The notes beneath the pieces were generated by a model. That model was not told the DNA's origin. It was given only the letters and a program-made list of their open reading frames with translations, and did no database searches. Position numbers and translations under genes: made by a program. From positions 1 through 64,000 of IMG/VR virus record IMGVR_UViG_3300021471_000006: a stretch of DNA of 64,000 nucleotides; one strand, written 5' to 3'. This DNA comes from a virus. Below are positions 1 through 10,517 of the stretch, in pieces (position 1 is the first letter of the stretch; each line of letters begins with the position of its first letter).

Positions 1-3000
1 TAACATTGTAATAGTATGGAATGGTACTCCGGTTTTATTATCTTGACCAAATGGTTCTAAATTCTTTGAATTAACAGTTGTTGGAAAAATCCAAAAATCG
101 TCAACATTGGGTGGTAAACTAACATTAAATGGATTGTATTCTGCCGTCATATTTCTATAAATAATATTTTGACTTATATTACTTTTAACACTTAAATATA
201 TCGTTCCATTTCCATAATAATCTAAATTGAATCTATTAATGGTAACACTAGTACCACCAGTCCAAGTTACATTCAGTGGTATAGTACATGGGTCTTCAGT
301 ACAATGGTCTGAGAAATTATCATGACTCATGTCCCAATCTATCTCAGTCAATAAAACATCGCTCGAGGCATTAATTGCCGTTATTTCTAAAACACCAGAT
401 TTGTTACTATAAAATCTGATAGGCACATCACAGCCCGTAATATAATCGTTTACTTGACAATTTACATCTCTATAATCAATATATTCACCAGTAAAGTTAT
501 TACTGAAATGTATAATGCCGCTTCCACTAATTTCTCCTGTAATGTTTGCATCTATATCTCCATCATCTCCAATATCGAAACCCACACTTTCTGGATAGTT
601 GCTTGTTAGACCACTAAAATTAATCCAGTTTATATATGGTGTTTCATTAGTATAATCTGAGACATCTAACACAAACATGGCTTTTAAAGTATCTCCCCGG
701 TTTGCTTCACTGAAATTGTGTTGCACTAATTTATCTGTAAAATTAAGTTTTTCATAAGTATTTCCATCATTTGCACTAAGATAAACTCTTATATCATCAT
801 CAGTATTCTGACTAGTATTTACATATACTGTTACATTTGTAAAATTCAGTGCACTTTGAAACAATGTTAAAGTTGTCGTATTCTGTTCATCTCCAACATG
901 TGCCGAGTGCCATACAAGGTCTGTTTGAGTTAAATCATAAAAATAAGCAACTGCAGTAACATCTTCAAAACCGAGTTCTTTGCCATACACTTCAGTTTTA
1001 TATACTATATAGCCCGATGAGTTTCTATATTTAGACATATCTGCTGGATTGACAGTAAATGTTTTTTGTCCAGAATTGCAATTATCTGTTCCAGCGTCAT
1101 AACACTGGCAACTTTGTATTATATCATAATCTCCATCATTCCAATCATATATGAATATTGTTGAATTTGCATAGGAATCTGGGGGCTCGCCTCCAGTATT
1201 TTTAGTACACTCAAGTTTATATGTTGCTACAATAGTATCACTAACATCAACATTTCCCAAACCAAATGTCATTCTTCCTGCACCGGGGTTTAGTGGTGAA
1301 ACATCATCTAGATATAGACGTCCAGAAGTTGATATGTCGTCGTCAATAACTGCCCAGGGATAGTTACTATATCCCCATCTATTGCCTCCAAGTCCCTGTG
1401 AAGTATAAGTGTGTTTTGGCATATCTGGAATTCTAACCAGTCTTTTTGCTGTGGTATTCCAAACAGATTCCGTGTTTTGTGTATCTTTGTAAACTTCATC
1501 TGAAAAGTCTAAAAAAAAGTTTCCGGTGAAAAATGTTCCAGTATATTCAAGCACTAGGTCATAACCAACTTCTGAAGTGATAGGGAATTTTAAGTATCTT
1601 AAAAGTGAGGAGTCGCTCGATGGAAAAGTCAAATTCTCTTCTTTTAAACCATTTGTGAATTCATCTATTCTGTGATATAGACTTCCTAAAACTCCGGGCA
1701 ATCTGAAATCCACAGTTCCATCATTTCCTATATCTATAGATATATTTTCTGGAGTTCCCACTCCAGTAAGCGATATTTTAGCATTCTGAAAAACTGAATA
1801 GTTGCTTTGTTCTATTCCAACCGTGTCTCCAGAGGAACTGATAGTGGGCTGTTCTGATGAATCGTTAAATATATATATTCTAGGCAATACACTCCAATTA
1901 TAGTAAAACGGCGGAATGTCACAGGTTAAGTTTTCATTATTTATCATAAGACACGTATATCCAGAACCTAAAACCTTTATTTCTGCGTTTGTTTCCACTT
2001 CATATTTTCTATTTTCAGATAAATTGTTTAATAAGATTGAGGGCAGATATTTCTCGTCTAATGTATATATTGTATAACTAGTAATTTCAGGACTTATTCC
2101 TCCCGTATCATTAATTCGAATTTTATAATATAAGGGACTTCCACTTAAATTAACTACATTTGTCCCGTCTATAGATAATTTAGTCCATGTAAAAGTGGAA
2201 TTATCATTACTCCAAGCAAAACTAACATTCCCCTTATCTGTAGTTGACACTTCTAAACTTATATTTGTGAATGCTCCTGTTTCCGCTGTCCATCCCTGTA
2301 AGTCTTCATACAGACCACCAGAAAACCGTGGAAACACAAAATCATTGTATTCAGCTTGAAGTGTACAGTCTCCGTCTCCACTAATATAACACTGGTTACC
2401 AAATAAAGAGACACCAAAACTGTTGACTGTATTGGTATTGTCGCAGTCCGAGTGAGAGCCTAAAAGAGCACCATCTTTATAAAAAGAGACGGTATCTGTA
2501 GCCGTATCCCAAGCAATAGTAATGTTATGAACTATACCTTTAAAATCCCATGAATAGGTATCTGAAGACCCTCCTGGACAAAGATATTTAATATAGTTGT
2601 AGTCGTATAACACCATGGCAAGTGGCAGACTGTTATGTGTCGCATCTGGAGAATTAATACGCCACTGGACAGAACTTTCAGTACTTCTGTTATAAAGATT
2701 TTCACCAATTATAACATATCCCATCCATCTGTTGCTCGTTCCCGCCGTTTGCGATATTTTCAGATTTACAAGAGTGATGTTCCCTTTTGAAGTATTTGTA
2801 AAATTACCGACGACAGAGGTTGAGTCAGAGGCAGTGCCTCCGATATCTGGTTTATCAATCCACATCTTATAATTGTCTAAATATACTTTGTCTGAACGTG
2901 TATAGCTATAAGAGTCTACAGGCGGGTCATCTGTCCAAGTGATTAAACTCTCATTGCCAGCGTCAATGTCGTCAAGTTTTGATGAAGCTCTTTGGAAGAG

Positions 3001-3894
3001 GTCAGAGAATGTCCCCATCTTTATAGCGTCGTCAAATAAGATATTGGAGTAAACGGTTCCATTTGTGAAATCATCATTTACGGTCCAAGTTCTACTATTT
3101 GTTATTGTCGGGTCAAGGCAGAAATACAATGTGCTTGTGTTAATGTCCCCAAAACAAACAGTATATTTTACAGGCAGTTCAGTTTTGTTTATATCAATTT
3201 CAAATCTGAATCTATAAGGTTTGTTTGCCTTAAAAGTAACATCCTTAATATAATAAACATGATTTCCATATTTTGTATTGTGTTCTTTATATTTGAATTT
3301 TGAAGTAACATCTGTTTTTTTAATAGAGGCAGAAACAACAGTGTCATTCCAGATAACAGTCGCATTATCAGGATTAATAATAAAATCATAGTCATCGCTT
3401 ATCTGTATCGTTGTATAAATATCTTTATATGAACTTGTTTTATTATCATATGCGGTTATATTACAGTATAATATTTTGTTATCAAAATCGGTCCAGCCAT
3501 AATTATTGCTATCACAAAAATAACTTTTCTCTACCTTTACACCTTCCTCAACATCTTTCCATATCCATGCCTTGCTTTCAGATTTAAGCTTAACGGGACT
3601 TATAATAGCAACATCAGTAGTTCTATCTATATTCTTACTCATTAATTCGTTGCCCTCTAAAATAAATTTGTCCAAATATGGAGAATATCCTGAGATGTCG
3701 AGTTCCCAGTCGATAAGATAGTTGTTGTTTTCTATTCTGATTGCTACACCATTTCGTATTATTGTTTCATTTGTTTCTGCCCCTATAAGAACTGGTTGAA
3801 AAACATTAAATAACCCCACTAAAAATAATACTAAAGTCGCTATTATCGGAAATAATTTATTTATTTTCTTCTTTATCTTGTCTAATATTTTCAT
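1..3894 (-). CDS. Very large (>1298 aa, runs off the window) secreted/surface glycoprotein-like protein at the distal end of the tail module; possible adhesin or receptor-binding protein
   Basis: Absent from the ORF track, consistent with no stop codon inside the window. ATG at 3894 reads MKILDKIKKKINKLFPIIATLVLFLVGLFNVFQPVLIGAETNET..., i.e. a basic N-region, hydrophobic stretch and signal-peptide-like end. Rich in N/S/T/D/Y/C with many N-x-S/T sequons. Confidence 0.75.
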   Translation of the reverse strand, partial: MKILDKIKKKINKLFPIIATLVLFLVGLFNVFQPVLIGAETNETIIRNGVAIRIENNNYLIDWELDISGYSPYLDKFILEGNELMSKNIDRTTDVAIISPVKLKSESKAWIWKDVEEGVKVEKSYFCDSNNYGWTDFDNKILYCNITAYDNKTSSYKDIYTTIQISDDYDFIINPDNATVIWNDTVVSASIKKTDVTSKFKYKEHNTKYGNHVYYIKDVTFKANKPYRFRFEIDINKTELPVKYTVCFGDINTSTLYFCLDPTITNSRTWTVNDDFTNGTVYSNILFDDAIKMGTFSDLFQRASSKLDDIDAGNESLITWTDDPPVDSYSYTRSDKVYLDNYKMWIDKPDIGGTASDSTSVVGNFTNTSKGNITLVNLKISQTAGTSNRWMGYVIIGENLYNRSTESSVQWRINSPDATHNSLPLAMVLYDYNYIKYLCPGGSSDTYSWDFKGIVHNITIAWDTATDTVSFYKDGALLGSHSDCDNTNTVNSFGVSLFGNQCYISGDGDCTLQAEYNDFVFPRFSGGLYEDLQGWTAETGAFTNISLEVSTTDKGNVSFAWSNDNSTFTWTKLSIDGTNVVNLSGSPLYYKIRINDTGGISPEITSYTIYTLDEKYLPSILLNNLSENRKYEVETNAEIKVLGSGYTCLMINNENLTCDIPPFYYNWSVLPRIYIFNDSSEQPTISSSGDTVGIEQSNYSVFQNAKISLTGVGTPENISIDIGNDGTVDFRLPGVLGSLYHRIDEFTNGLKEENLTFPSSDSSLLRYLKFPITSEVGYDLVLEYTGTFFTGNFFLDFSDEVYKDTQNTESVWNTTAKRLVRIPDMPKHTYTSQGLGGNRWGYSNYPWAVIDDDISTSGRLYLDDVSPLNPGAGRMTFGLGNVDVSDTIVATYKLECTKNTGGEPPDSYANSTIFIYDWNDGDYDIIQSCQCYDAGTDNCNSGQKTFTVNPADMSKYRNSSGYIVYKTEVYGKELGFEDVTAVAYFYDLTQTDLVWHSAHVGDEQNTTTLTLFQSALNFTNVTVYVNTSQNTDDDIRVYLSANDGNTYEKLNFTDKLVQHNFSEANRGDTLKAMFVLDVSDYTNETPYINWINFSGLTSNYPESVGFDIGDDGDIDANITGEISGSGIIHFSNNFTGEYIDYRDVNCQVNDYITGCDVPIRFYSNKSGVLEITAINASSDVLLTEIDWDMSHDNFSDHCTEDPCTIPLNVTWTGGTSVTINRFNLDYYGNGTIYLSVKSNISQNIIYRNMTAEYNPFNVSLPPNVDDFWIFPTTVNSKNLEPFGQDNKTGVPFHTITML

Positions 3895-3896
3895 TT

Positions 3897-4274
3897 TTAT
3901 TGATTGTATTGTATTAATGTAAATCTATATCTATAAAGAGATTGAACATCATCTGATGCATCGTCCCACTCAAGTGAATCGGGAACCATAATATAGTCTC
4001 CGGCATGGTCTGAAATGCCTGTAACAAGTGAGTGTGTTTGAACATCGTTTAGAGCCTCTATAGCAGAACGACCAGATTCTAACTCAGACAAACTTGCTCC
4101 GGTTACAACGCCCTCTATTTCAAATTGATAATCTAATGCATCTCTTCCTATTACAGGAATCATTACAAGTACTCTACCTACTTTCTGTTTTAAAGTAGAC
4201 GGCACTTTTCTAACTCTCATATTAACTATTTCTAAGGTTGTTCCGCCAAATGTAATTGTATCATATCCTGCCAT
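3897..4274 (-). CDS. Distal tail/baseplate hub-like protein
   Basis: 125-aa beta-rich protein directly downstream of the tape measure gene; positional inference. Confidence 0.55.
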   Translation of the reverse strand: MAGYDTITFGGTTLEIVNMRVRKVPSTLKQKVGRVLVMIPVIGRDALDYQFEIEGVVTGASLSELESGRSAIEALNDVQTHSLVTGISDHAGDYIMVPDSLEWDDASDDVQSLYRYRFTLIQYNQ

Positions 4275-4275
4275 T

Positions 4276-7239
4276 TTATCTCGCCCTTATAGTTGATAGT
4301 TCTTTCTTTATTACTTGAGCAAATCTTAATTGCAACTCTTCTGTCGTTACATTTGCTCCTCCCTGTATTATTATATTTCCAAAAGTTATATTAGTTCCGG
4401 GAGTAATCCCGCCTTTAAATCCTACAATAGTGTCTTGTGAACTAAAAGACACTGGAGGCTGTCCGGGTCTCATAACAAAATCACTTCGTGGAGGTCGATA
4501 GCCCATTTTTTCAAATACTTCTCCCGCATCCTTAGCTGTTGCCACAGCAGCATAAAGTTTTGTTGTAAATTCTTCTCCATACGCTCCAGATATTCTTTCT
4601 CTTCTTCTTCTATCGACACTAATTCTTGATATCACACTTAAATATTCTTTAGCTTTATTTATTAGTTTATCAAATGCTAGAATACCTGAGTCTGCTAAAT
4701 CTTCAAGTCCATATTCAACTCCAAGTATTGATAATTTTGTCTCGTCAAGGTCATTTCTAGCTTTTTCTAACTTACTAGACCATCTATCATATTCAGATTG
4801 CAATTCGTTCAATCTATCTCTTTGAGAAACGATTGCACTCTTTACGCCTTCTACACTTCCAAAAAGATTTGAATGAGCAACCTGTTGTTCCGTATCCCAA
4901 AGTCTAAGTTCTTCACGCATTGCTCCATAAGTAGTATCAAATTGTAATCTTAAAATATCATATTCTCTCTGCAAGTCTTCTAATCTCTCTTCTTCTGGAG
5001 ATTTTCCTCTTGCAGTAGTTCCTTTCATGAAATTAATTCCTAATAATTTAGTCTGAAATGTCTTAACTATACCAGTTACATCTTTTCCAAGGTCTTTGCC
5101 CTCTTTAAGAGTCGTTCTTATAAATTGTCTAATGGTCTCGACCCATGCCTGATGCTCTTCCTGTGTTTTTTGAAGTTTATTAGTTGTGTCTTCTGATGAT
5201 TCTCCTAGTCTTAAAATAGCGAGTCTTTGTAAATTAATAGCCTGTCTTGCTTGAAATAATCTTCTTTCCATAGCTGTTTGGCCTGCAAAAGGACGTCTTA
5301 ATAAATCAGATATTTCTGCTCTCGTATCTTTTATTCCAGAAGATAATTCGCTTAAGTGGTCTTGGACAATGCCGATTGCTGCATTCATTACTCTGCTATA
5401 TTTACCAAAAGAATCACTCATTTCATCGACTGCTTGTTCAAGCTCCAGGGCGGCAATCGCACTGTCTCTCCAAGTATCTATCATCTCTCTTGTGATAGTA
5501 ATGAGTCTTCCATTTACTTCGAAAGTCTCGCCAACTCTTCTTATATATTCTTCATATTTTTGATTAATATCTCTTAAAGCATTCTGATAATTGGTTAAAT
5601 TAACTGTCTCTAACTCGTTTAACATTCGCTCTATTTCGTTAGTAACTAAACTTAAATCACCAGCTTTTATTTCTGGTTCCCCAACTTTGGGTCCAGCAAC
5701 TTCTGGAACTTCTGTTACCACATCTTTCACATATTTAACTGCTAGTCCCATTTCTACCATTTTATCAAAGAAAGAGCCTACTGCTCCACTAGCAAAATTA
5801 AATATTTTTATTGCCCCTTCAATAACTCCTGCAAATAAATCAGAGAAACCTTTACCAACTTTTTTAAATGTTGACCCAAGAGCTGCCCCCCATTTTTTCC
5901 ATTTTGCACCAGAATCTTCTGCAACATCTGCTGACATTTCTGCTGCTGAAGCCAATTCTTCCATTTCAGAAACAACATCTTCTAATGTATCTCCAGTTTG
6001 TCTGAAAGCTACTATAAGTTGGTTAATTGCTCTTCCACCTCGAGCTCCAAATGCCTCTGTTAAAAATGCCAGTTGTGCTTCTTGATTATATCTTTCTAAA
6101 GAAGTAGACAAGTCAGATATTATCTCCCCCATATCTTTCATTTTATTATTAGAATCAAAAAAGTTTACACCAACTTGATACATTAAATCTTTAACTTCTT
6201 TTGTTGGATTAACCATCTTGTTTAAGGATGACGCCAAAGATGTACCAGCACGACTTCCACTCATTCCAGCATTTGTAAGTAATGCTATTGCTGCCGCAGT
6301 TTGTTCCAGAGATTGTCCTGACAATGCTGCAATTCCACCAGCATAGGATAGTGCTTCTCCAAATGATTCTACCTCTGCTGCACTCATATTAGCACCTCTA
6401 GCTAAAACATTTACCACTCTTTCAACATCGGTAACAGGAATATTAAATTGTTGCATCACTTGTCCAGTCACTCTTGTTGCTGTCTCTAAATCTGTAAATC
6501 CTGCAGTTGCTAAGTCTGCAATAGGCTTTAATGCTTTAAGTGCTGCTTCTCCACTGAATCCAAGTTTTACAAATTCAGTATAAGCTTGAATCATTTCATC
6601 TAAAGTAAAAATAGTGTTCTGTCTTATTGCATCTAGAGATTTTATTACCTCTTCAGATGACTTTCCTGTTAATATTGCCACTCTAGAAATTTGAAAACTG
6701 AACTCTGCTCCAGCTTTAGTAAGTAAAGCGAAAGGTCCTATAATTGCTGCAGCAGCAAATCCAACGTTAACCATAGTCCAACGTAAAGTGTTGAATGCGT
6801 TATTTAGTTTTGCTAAAGTAGGAAATGAAGATGCCCACTGTCCTCCAGATATTTTCTGCCATAAAGAAAGATTTCTTGTTGCCTCAATTTGTTTTATAGT
6901 TGCACTTGTAAGTTGCTTGGAGGCACCAGCCTCTCGCATCATTCCTCCAACTACACTAGCTTGTGTGGCTCTATATTTGTTTACTACTCTATTTAATTCT
7001 CCTTTGGCATTTACTTCTTTTCTTAAAACATTAAGAACTACAGCTGTAGCCTTGCCTTCTTTGTTCTTCTCTATAGTGAGTGTTCTTGTAATATTGGCAC
7101 TCTTTTGAGACTGTTTGTTTTGTGCCTCTATATCTTTTACAAGTTTTTTAATAGTTTCCCTGAGTTTACCAGTTTCTCTATTAGCTTGAGAAGTTTGTGC
7201 CTGAGCTTTAATCTTTATATCTAGTTCTTCGGTTCCCAT
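4276..7239 (-). CDS. Tail tape measure protein (TP901-family core)
   Basis: 987 aa, helical and Ala-rich; motifs FGEALSYAGGIAALSGQSLEQTAAAIALLTNAGMSGSRAGTSL and FFDSNNKMKDMGEII; long coiled coils. Confidence 0.95.
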   Translation of the reverse strand: MGTEELDIKIKAQAQTSQANRETGKLRETIKKLVKDIEAQNKQSQKSANITRTLTIEKNKEGKATAVVLNVLRKEVNAKGELNRVVNKYRATQASVVGGMMREAGASKQLTSATIKQIEATRNLSLWQKISGGQWASSFPTLAKLNNAFNTLRWTMVNVGFAAAAIIGPFALLTKAGAEFSFQISRVAILTGKSSEEVIKSLDAIRQNTIFTLDEMIQAYTEFVKLGFSGEAALKALKPIADLATAGFTDLETATRVTGQVMQQFNIPVTDVERVVNVLARGANMSAAEVESFGEALSYAGGIAALSGQSLEQTAAAIALLTNAGMSGSRAGTSLASSLNKMVNPTKEVKDLMYQVGVNFFDSNNKMKDMGEIISDLSTSLERYNQEAQLAFLTEAFGARGGRAINQLIVAFRQTGDTLEDVVSEMEELASAAEMSADVAEDSGAKWKKWGAALGSTFKKVGKGFSDLFAGVIEGAIKIFNFASGAVGSFFDKMVEMGLAVKYVKDVVTEVPEVAGPKVGEPEIKAGDLSLVTNEIERMLNELETVNLTNYQNALRDINQKYEEYIRRVGETFEVNGRLITITREMIDTWRDSAIAALELEQAVDEMSDSFGKYSRVMNAAIGIVQDHLSELSSGIKDTRAEISDLLRRPFAGQTAMERRLFQARQAINLQRLAILRLGESSEDTTNKLQKTQEEHQAWVETIRQFIRTTLKEGKDLGKDVTGIVKTFQTKLLGINFMKGTTARGKSPEEERLEDLQREYDILRLQFDTTYGAMREELRLWDTEQQVAHSNLFGSVEGVKSAIVSQRDRLNELQSEYDRWSSKLEKARNDLDETKLSILGVEYGLEDLADSGILAFDKLINKAKEYLSVISRISVDRRRRERISGAYGEEFTTKLYAAVATAKDAGEVFEKMGYRPPRSDFVMRPGQPPVSFSSQDTIVGFKGGITPGTNITFGNIIIQGGANVTTEELQLRFAQVIKKELSTIRAR

Positions 7240-7430
7240 TATCTACCCTTTCGTTTGTATTTATCTGCTTCTTTCTTTTTTTGTTTTTGCACTCTATTCC
7301 ATGCATCTATTAGATAATTTATTTCAGAGTATGTTAATCTGTTTATTGTGAAGAAGTTATAGCCACGGTCATGTAGCCACAGAGCTAAATCAGCTTCTCC
7401 ACGTTCTGACCTAGCTCTTCTTAGTTTTTT
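7239..7430 (-). CDS. -1 frameshift extension of the tail assembly chaperone (gpGT-like)
   Basis: Slippery heptamer A AAA AAC (7430-7424) just before the chaperone stop. The -1 frame stays open (KKLRRARSERGEADLALWLHDRGYNFF...KRKGR*) and its TAA overlaps the tape-measure ATG (TAATG). Confidence 0.85.
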   Translation of the reverse strand, partial: KKLRRARSERGEADLALWLHDRGYNFFTINRLTYSEINYLIDAWNRVQKQKKKEADKYKRKGR

Positions 7431-7810
7431 TTAAATTCGTCTTCCTTTGTTTGCATGGCCTTTCTTCTTGGCCGTCCCACGTCCAATCCACTATGAAAGA
7501 GAATAGTATTAACTATAGCTGACGCAACATAACCTTTTAAATATTTTGTCTCTTCAAGAGTAAACGCTGGTTTTTTGCAATTTGACACTATTAGCTCACC
7601 ATCTAAATCTTTGTCAATATCTGCATCCTTTTGTCCCAAATCTGAAAACATTCTTCTTACTTCTCCGCGAAGTAATGGAACAATCCATATTTTTTCTCCT
7701 TTTAACGTTTTCTGGTCTTTATCGTTTTCGTCCACTACTAGTTCTACTTCTTTAGGTATTAACTCCCCTTTCTCATCCCTTTCGAATAGTGCGGCTTTCT
7801 TGTCTAACAT
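7421..7810 (-). CDS. Tail assembly chaperone (gpG-like)
   Basis: Lies between tail tube and tape measure genes; ends EFKKN on a slippery sequence. Confidence 0.85.
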   Translation of the reverse strand: MLDKKAALFERDEKGELIPKEVELVVDENDKDQKTLKGEKIWIVPLLRGEVRRMFSDLGQKDADIDKDLDGELIVSNCKKPAFTLEETKYLKGYVASAIVNTILFHSGLDVGRPRRKAMQTKEDEFKKN

Positions 7811-7859
7811 CTTTTTTCACCTCGCACTGATTTAAAAAAAATAAAAATAAAAAATATTT

Positions 7860-8951
7860 TTAAGACGAATAATCCGCATCGTCGTCAACCACATAAACCT
7901 TGACTTTTTCCATATCCATTCCAATTGACTCTGATACTATATCTTCGGGTCCACCAGGAATATTTATGTCAGCAAACTTCGCATTAACTAGCACAATTCT
8001 AATCCAGTCATCGGTCTCTAACTTTGGAGCTGCTCCAATTGTACCAGACCTAACAAAGTCTAGTGCAACTTGATAGTTAGTTAAAGTCCCTTGAGACTCT
8101 GTAGCTCCTGCGGCTCCAAGAAATCTCTCGTATTGTGTCTTGTCTGCAAAGTCAAGCCCCAAGCTTGATTCATAATCTCTACCTTTTGGAATTATAAATT
8201 TAGCCCCTCTTAGTGTTTGTGTGGCTGCAGTTGTTCCGCTTATATACCACTTAGCTTCACAATTGTTATTTATAGTTAGGTCAAAGCTATTAACTTCTGC
8301 AATAACATCGTTAGATAATGAAGCTGGTGTAGTATACCTGCTTATTGTTCCTGTAGTAGCATAAACTGCTCCTTGATAGAAAACATATGGGTCTTTAGTA
8401 CTTTCTGAAACTGAACTAGCCCCTGCAGTTGAGATTGTAACTCCCTGTGCTAAGAAATCACATGAAACCATAACTGGTTCATCAACTGATGCACTAATAC
8501 TAAGCGAATTAACTCTACTTCCAGTATATAGTCTTTTTAAGTTACTTGAAAGGTCTCCACCCTCATCATCGGCAAACTCAAGTGTAAAACTTGGAAAATC
8601 TTCTGCTAATGGAGAGTTTGCACTTCCCATAATGTGTAAATAACTTGCTCCGGTGTGAATCACCGGTCCAGAGTCTATATCAGATGTAGTAGCTGTATCT
8701 TCGCCCCAAGCCTGTCTCAAGAAATTTGCAGTCTGTAAATAAAAGTCAAAACTGCCCGAAACCTCAAATCTTCCAGGAACAACTTTAGCATAATCTCTAT
8801 TTCCCCCCAAAGTACGCACCTTAATTAAATTGTTCGTCTCTGTTGGATTGACTGATTGAACAAGACCTATAGGCTGGTCTATTGCTGCAGCAGAACCATA
8901 GTTACTTTCGTTCCCAAAATATAAACTTTGCTTATAGCCTACATTCGGCAT
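7860..8951 (-). CDS. Major tail tube protein
   Basis: 363 aa; N-terminal YFGNESNYG, PSFTLE, GSRVNSLSISAS and FDLTINNN motifs typical of tail tube proteins; upstream of the chaperone. Confidence 0.85.
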   Translation of the reverse strand: MPNVGYKQSLYFGNESNYGSAAAIDQPIGLVQSVNPTETNNLIKVRTLGGNRDYAKVVPGRFEVSGSFDFYLQTANFLRQAWGEDTATTSDIDSGPVIHTGASYLHIMGSANSPLAEDFPSFTLEFADDEGGDLSSNLKRLYTGSRVNSLSISASVDEPVMVSCDFLAQGVTISTAGASSVSESTKDPYVFYQGAVYATTGTISRYTTPASLSNDVIAEVNSFDLTINNNCEAKWYISGTTAATQTLRGAKFIIPKGRDYESSLGLDFADKTQYERFLGAAGATESQGTLTNYQVALDFVRSGTIGAAPKLETDDWIRIVLVNAKFADINIPGGPEDIVSESIGMDMEKVKVYVVDDDADYSS

Positions 8952-8953
8952 TT

Positions 8954-9190
8954 TTAATCATCCTCCTCTATTTTATATTTTAATATTTGTTCTTCCTCTT
9001 CTTCTTTAGGCTCCTCTTTTTTCTTTTTACCGCCCACTCTAGAAAATTTTGGAAGTTCAAGTAATTTATCTGCTATCTTATCAGATAATTCTTTTATCTC
9101 ACCACGTTTCCAATGGATATCTCCACCCAAAATTTTAATCTTAATGGGAGACATATCGCCAACATATTTTACTCGTTTCATGTATGTCAC
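8954..9190 (-). CDS. Small virion-associated hypothetical protein
   Basis: 78 aa, coupled to neighbours in the tail operon. Confidence 0.5.
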   Translation of the reverse strand: MTYMKRVKYVGDMSPIKIKILGGDIHWKRGEIKELSDKIADKLLELPKFSRVGGKKKKEEPKEEEEEQILKYKIEEDD

Positions 9191-9585
9191 CTTTTAAAAG
9201 CTTTATCAAATTCTTCTTTAACTATTTCGGGAGCCCTCTCTGCTCCTTCTCTCATTCCAGCTTCCATAAACTTGTATCCTGCGAACCCTTTTCTGGGCTG
9301 GTCTACATATATTGCATGAGGTGCCTTAGGTCCTCCAGCAAAAACAATAGCCACAGCACTTAAGAGTCCGGCTCTATGTGCAGTATAATGAAAGCTACTT
9401 ATAATTCTACTCTGTGAAAGTGGAGGCGTCTTAGTCTTTCTCTTGCTTGCATAATCCTTCTTTGCGGCCTCTTCAGATATTTCTGCAACTCTTTTCACTG
9501 TATTAACTAGAGCATCTCCTATAACCGACTCAAATCCTTTAGTCAGTATTTTTCCAGTATAATTAACATCAACTGATAGTTTCAT
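9187..9585 (-). CDS. Tail completion/neck protein (HK97 gp10-like)
   Basis: APHAIYVD...GFAGYKFMEAG resembles the gp10 motif; position. Confidence 0.6.
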   Translation of the reverse strand: MKLSVDVNYTGKILTKGFESVIGDALVNTVKRVAEISEEAAKKDYASKRKTKTPPLSQSRIISSFHYTAHRAGLLSAVAIVFAGGPKAPHAIYVDQPRKGFAGYKFMEAGMREGAERAPEIVKEEFDKAFKR

Positions 9586-10064
9586 TGTTGAAAAAATCTT
9601 ACTCTAATAGTTACGGCTCCAAAATAAAGTTGGGTTGCTGGGTCGTATTCTATTTTAGTAGTATTAATCGCTTTATAACCTTTAACACCTGCATCAAAAA
9701 GTGTATTGAACTCTCCTTTTAAAGTCGTTTTTATTTGTCCAAGATAATATTCTACTAAACTTTCATTTAAATAATCTGTTCCACTAACGGTAATCTTAAA
9801 ACCGTTTTTAGTATAAAACCAAATATTGACAAAAATTTGCTCTTCTTCCCAGTAATTAGAACCGATAGTCAACACTGTTGTAGGATTGTCTATTTTCTTA
9901 AGTTCTATAATAGGATATTTGGGACTAGAAATTGGTTCATTATAAAATATCCATTGTACTCCAGTTCCTCTTGTTCCACCAGCTGTAGAATATGGGTCTG
10001 TGAGATTTGTGCGGAGATTATCTCTAATAGTTTTAATTGCTGTTACAGTATTAATTTTAACCAC
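9582..10064 (-). CDS. Tail terminator-like protein
   Basis: 160 aa with PKYPIIE motif and beta-rich pattern; position in the head-tail cluster. Confidence 0.55.
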   Translation of the reverse strand: MVKINTVTAIKTIRDNLRTNLTDPYSTAGGTRGTGVQWIFYNEPISSPKYPIIELKKIDNPTTVLTIGSNYWEEEQIFVNIWFYTKNGFKITVSGTDYLNESLVEYYLGQIKTTLKGEFNTLFDAGVKGYKAINTTKIEYDPATQLYFGAVTIRVRFFQQ

Positions 10065-10153
10065 CCAAAATTATTAACCTTTATGTCGCTTTCCTTGAGT
10101 CTCAGAACTATAAAATCGTTTTCCTCTAAATATTTACATGTCACTGTATCCAT
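10043..10153 (-). pseudogene. C-terminal remnant of a Vsr/DUF559-like endonuclease
   Basis: Reads (GRTK)MDTVTCKYLEENDFIVLRLKESDI..., matching the D..r..L...G..VLRxWExxI end of Vsr-like endonucleases; no N-terminal part present. Confidence 0.45.
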
Positions 10154-10227
10154 TTTGGTACGCCCACGGCTATTTTTTACCCCTTCGGAGTAGAAAATAG
10201 ATTATTATATACTAGTATACTAGGACT

Positions 10228-10250
10228 TCTAGTATATAAATGTTTCGCTT
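10228..10250 (-). promoter_or_regulatory. Archaeal BRE/TATA promoter for the tail genes
   Basis: Minus strand reads CGAAACATTTATATAC; near-identical to the element upstream of the portal (26427-26442). Confidence 0.6.
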
Positions 10251-10517
10251 TTTCTACTTCGTAAACTTGGGTTCTCGATTAGTTCGAGTTCTTTTGTTAG
10301 TGTCAATCACATGTCTAACAGCTACTGCTCTTTTCATCTCCTCATTTGAGACACCAAGATTTTTTTGTAATTTAGTTCCTTTTTTTGGTGCGTATCTTGC
10401 CTTAATTGCTCTATTTTTTACTTTCATATGCATAACCTCTTCCTTTCTTTCTATTCTTTAGGATTGTTGTATCATATCTACTTCTAGGACGGCGTCTTTT
10501 CTTTCTCCTACCCATGT

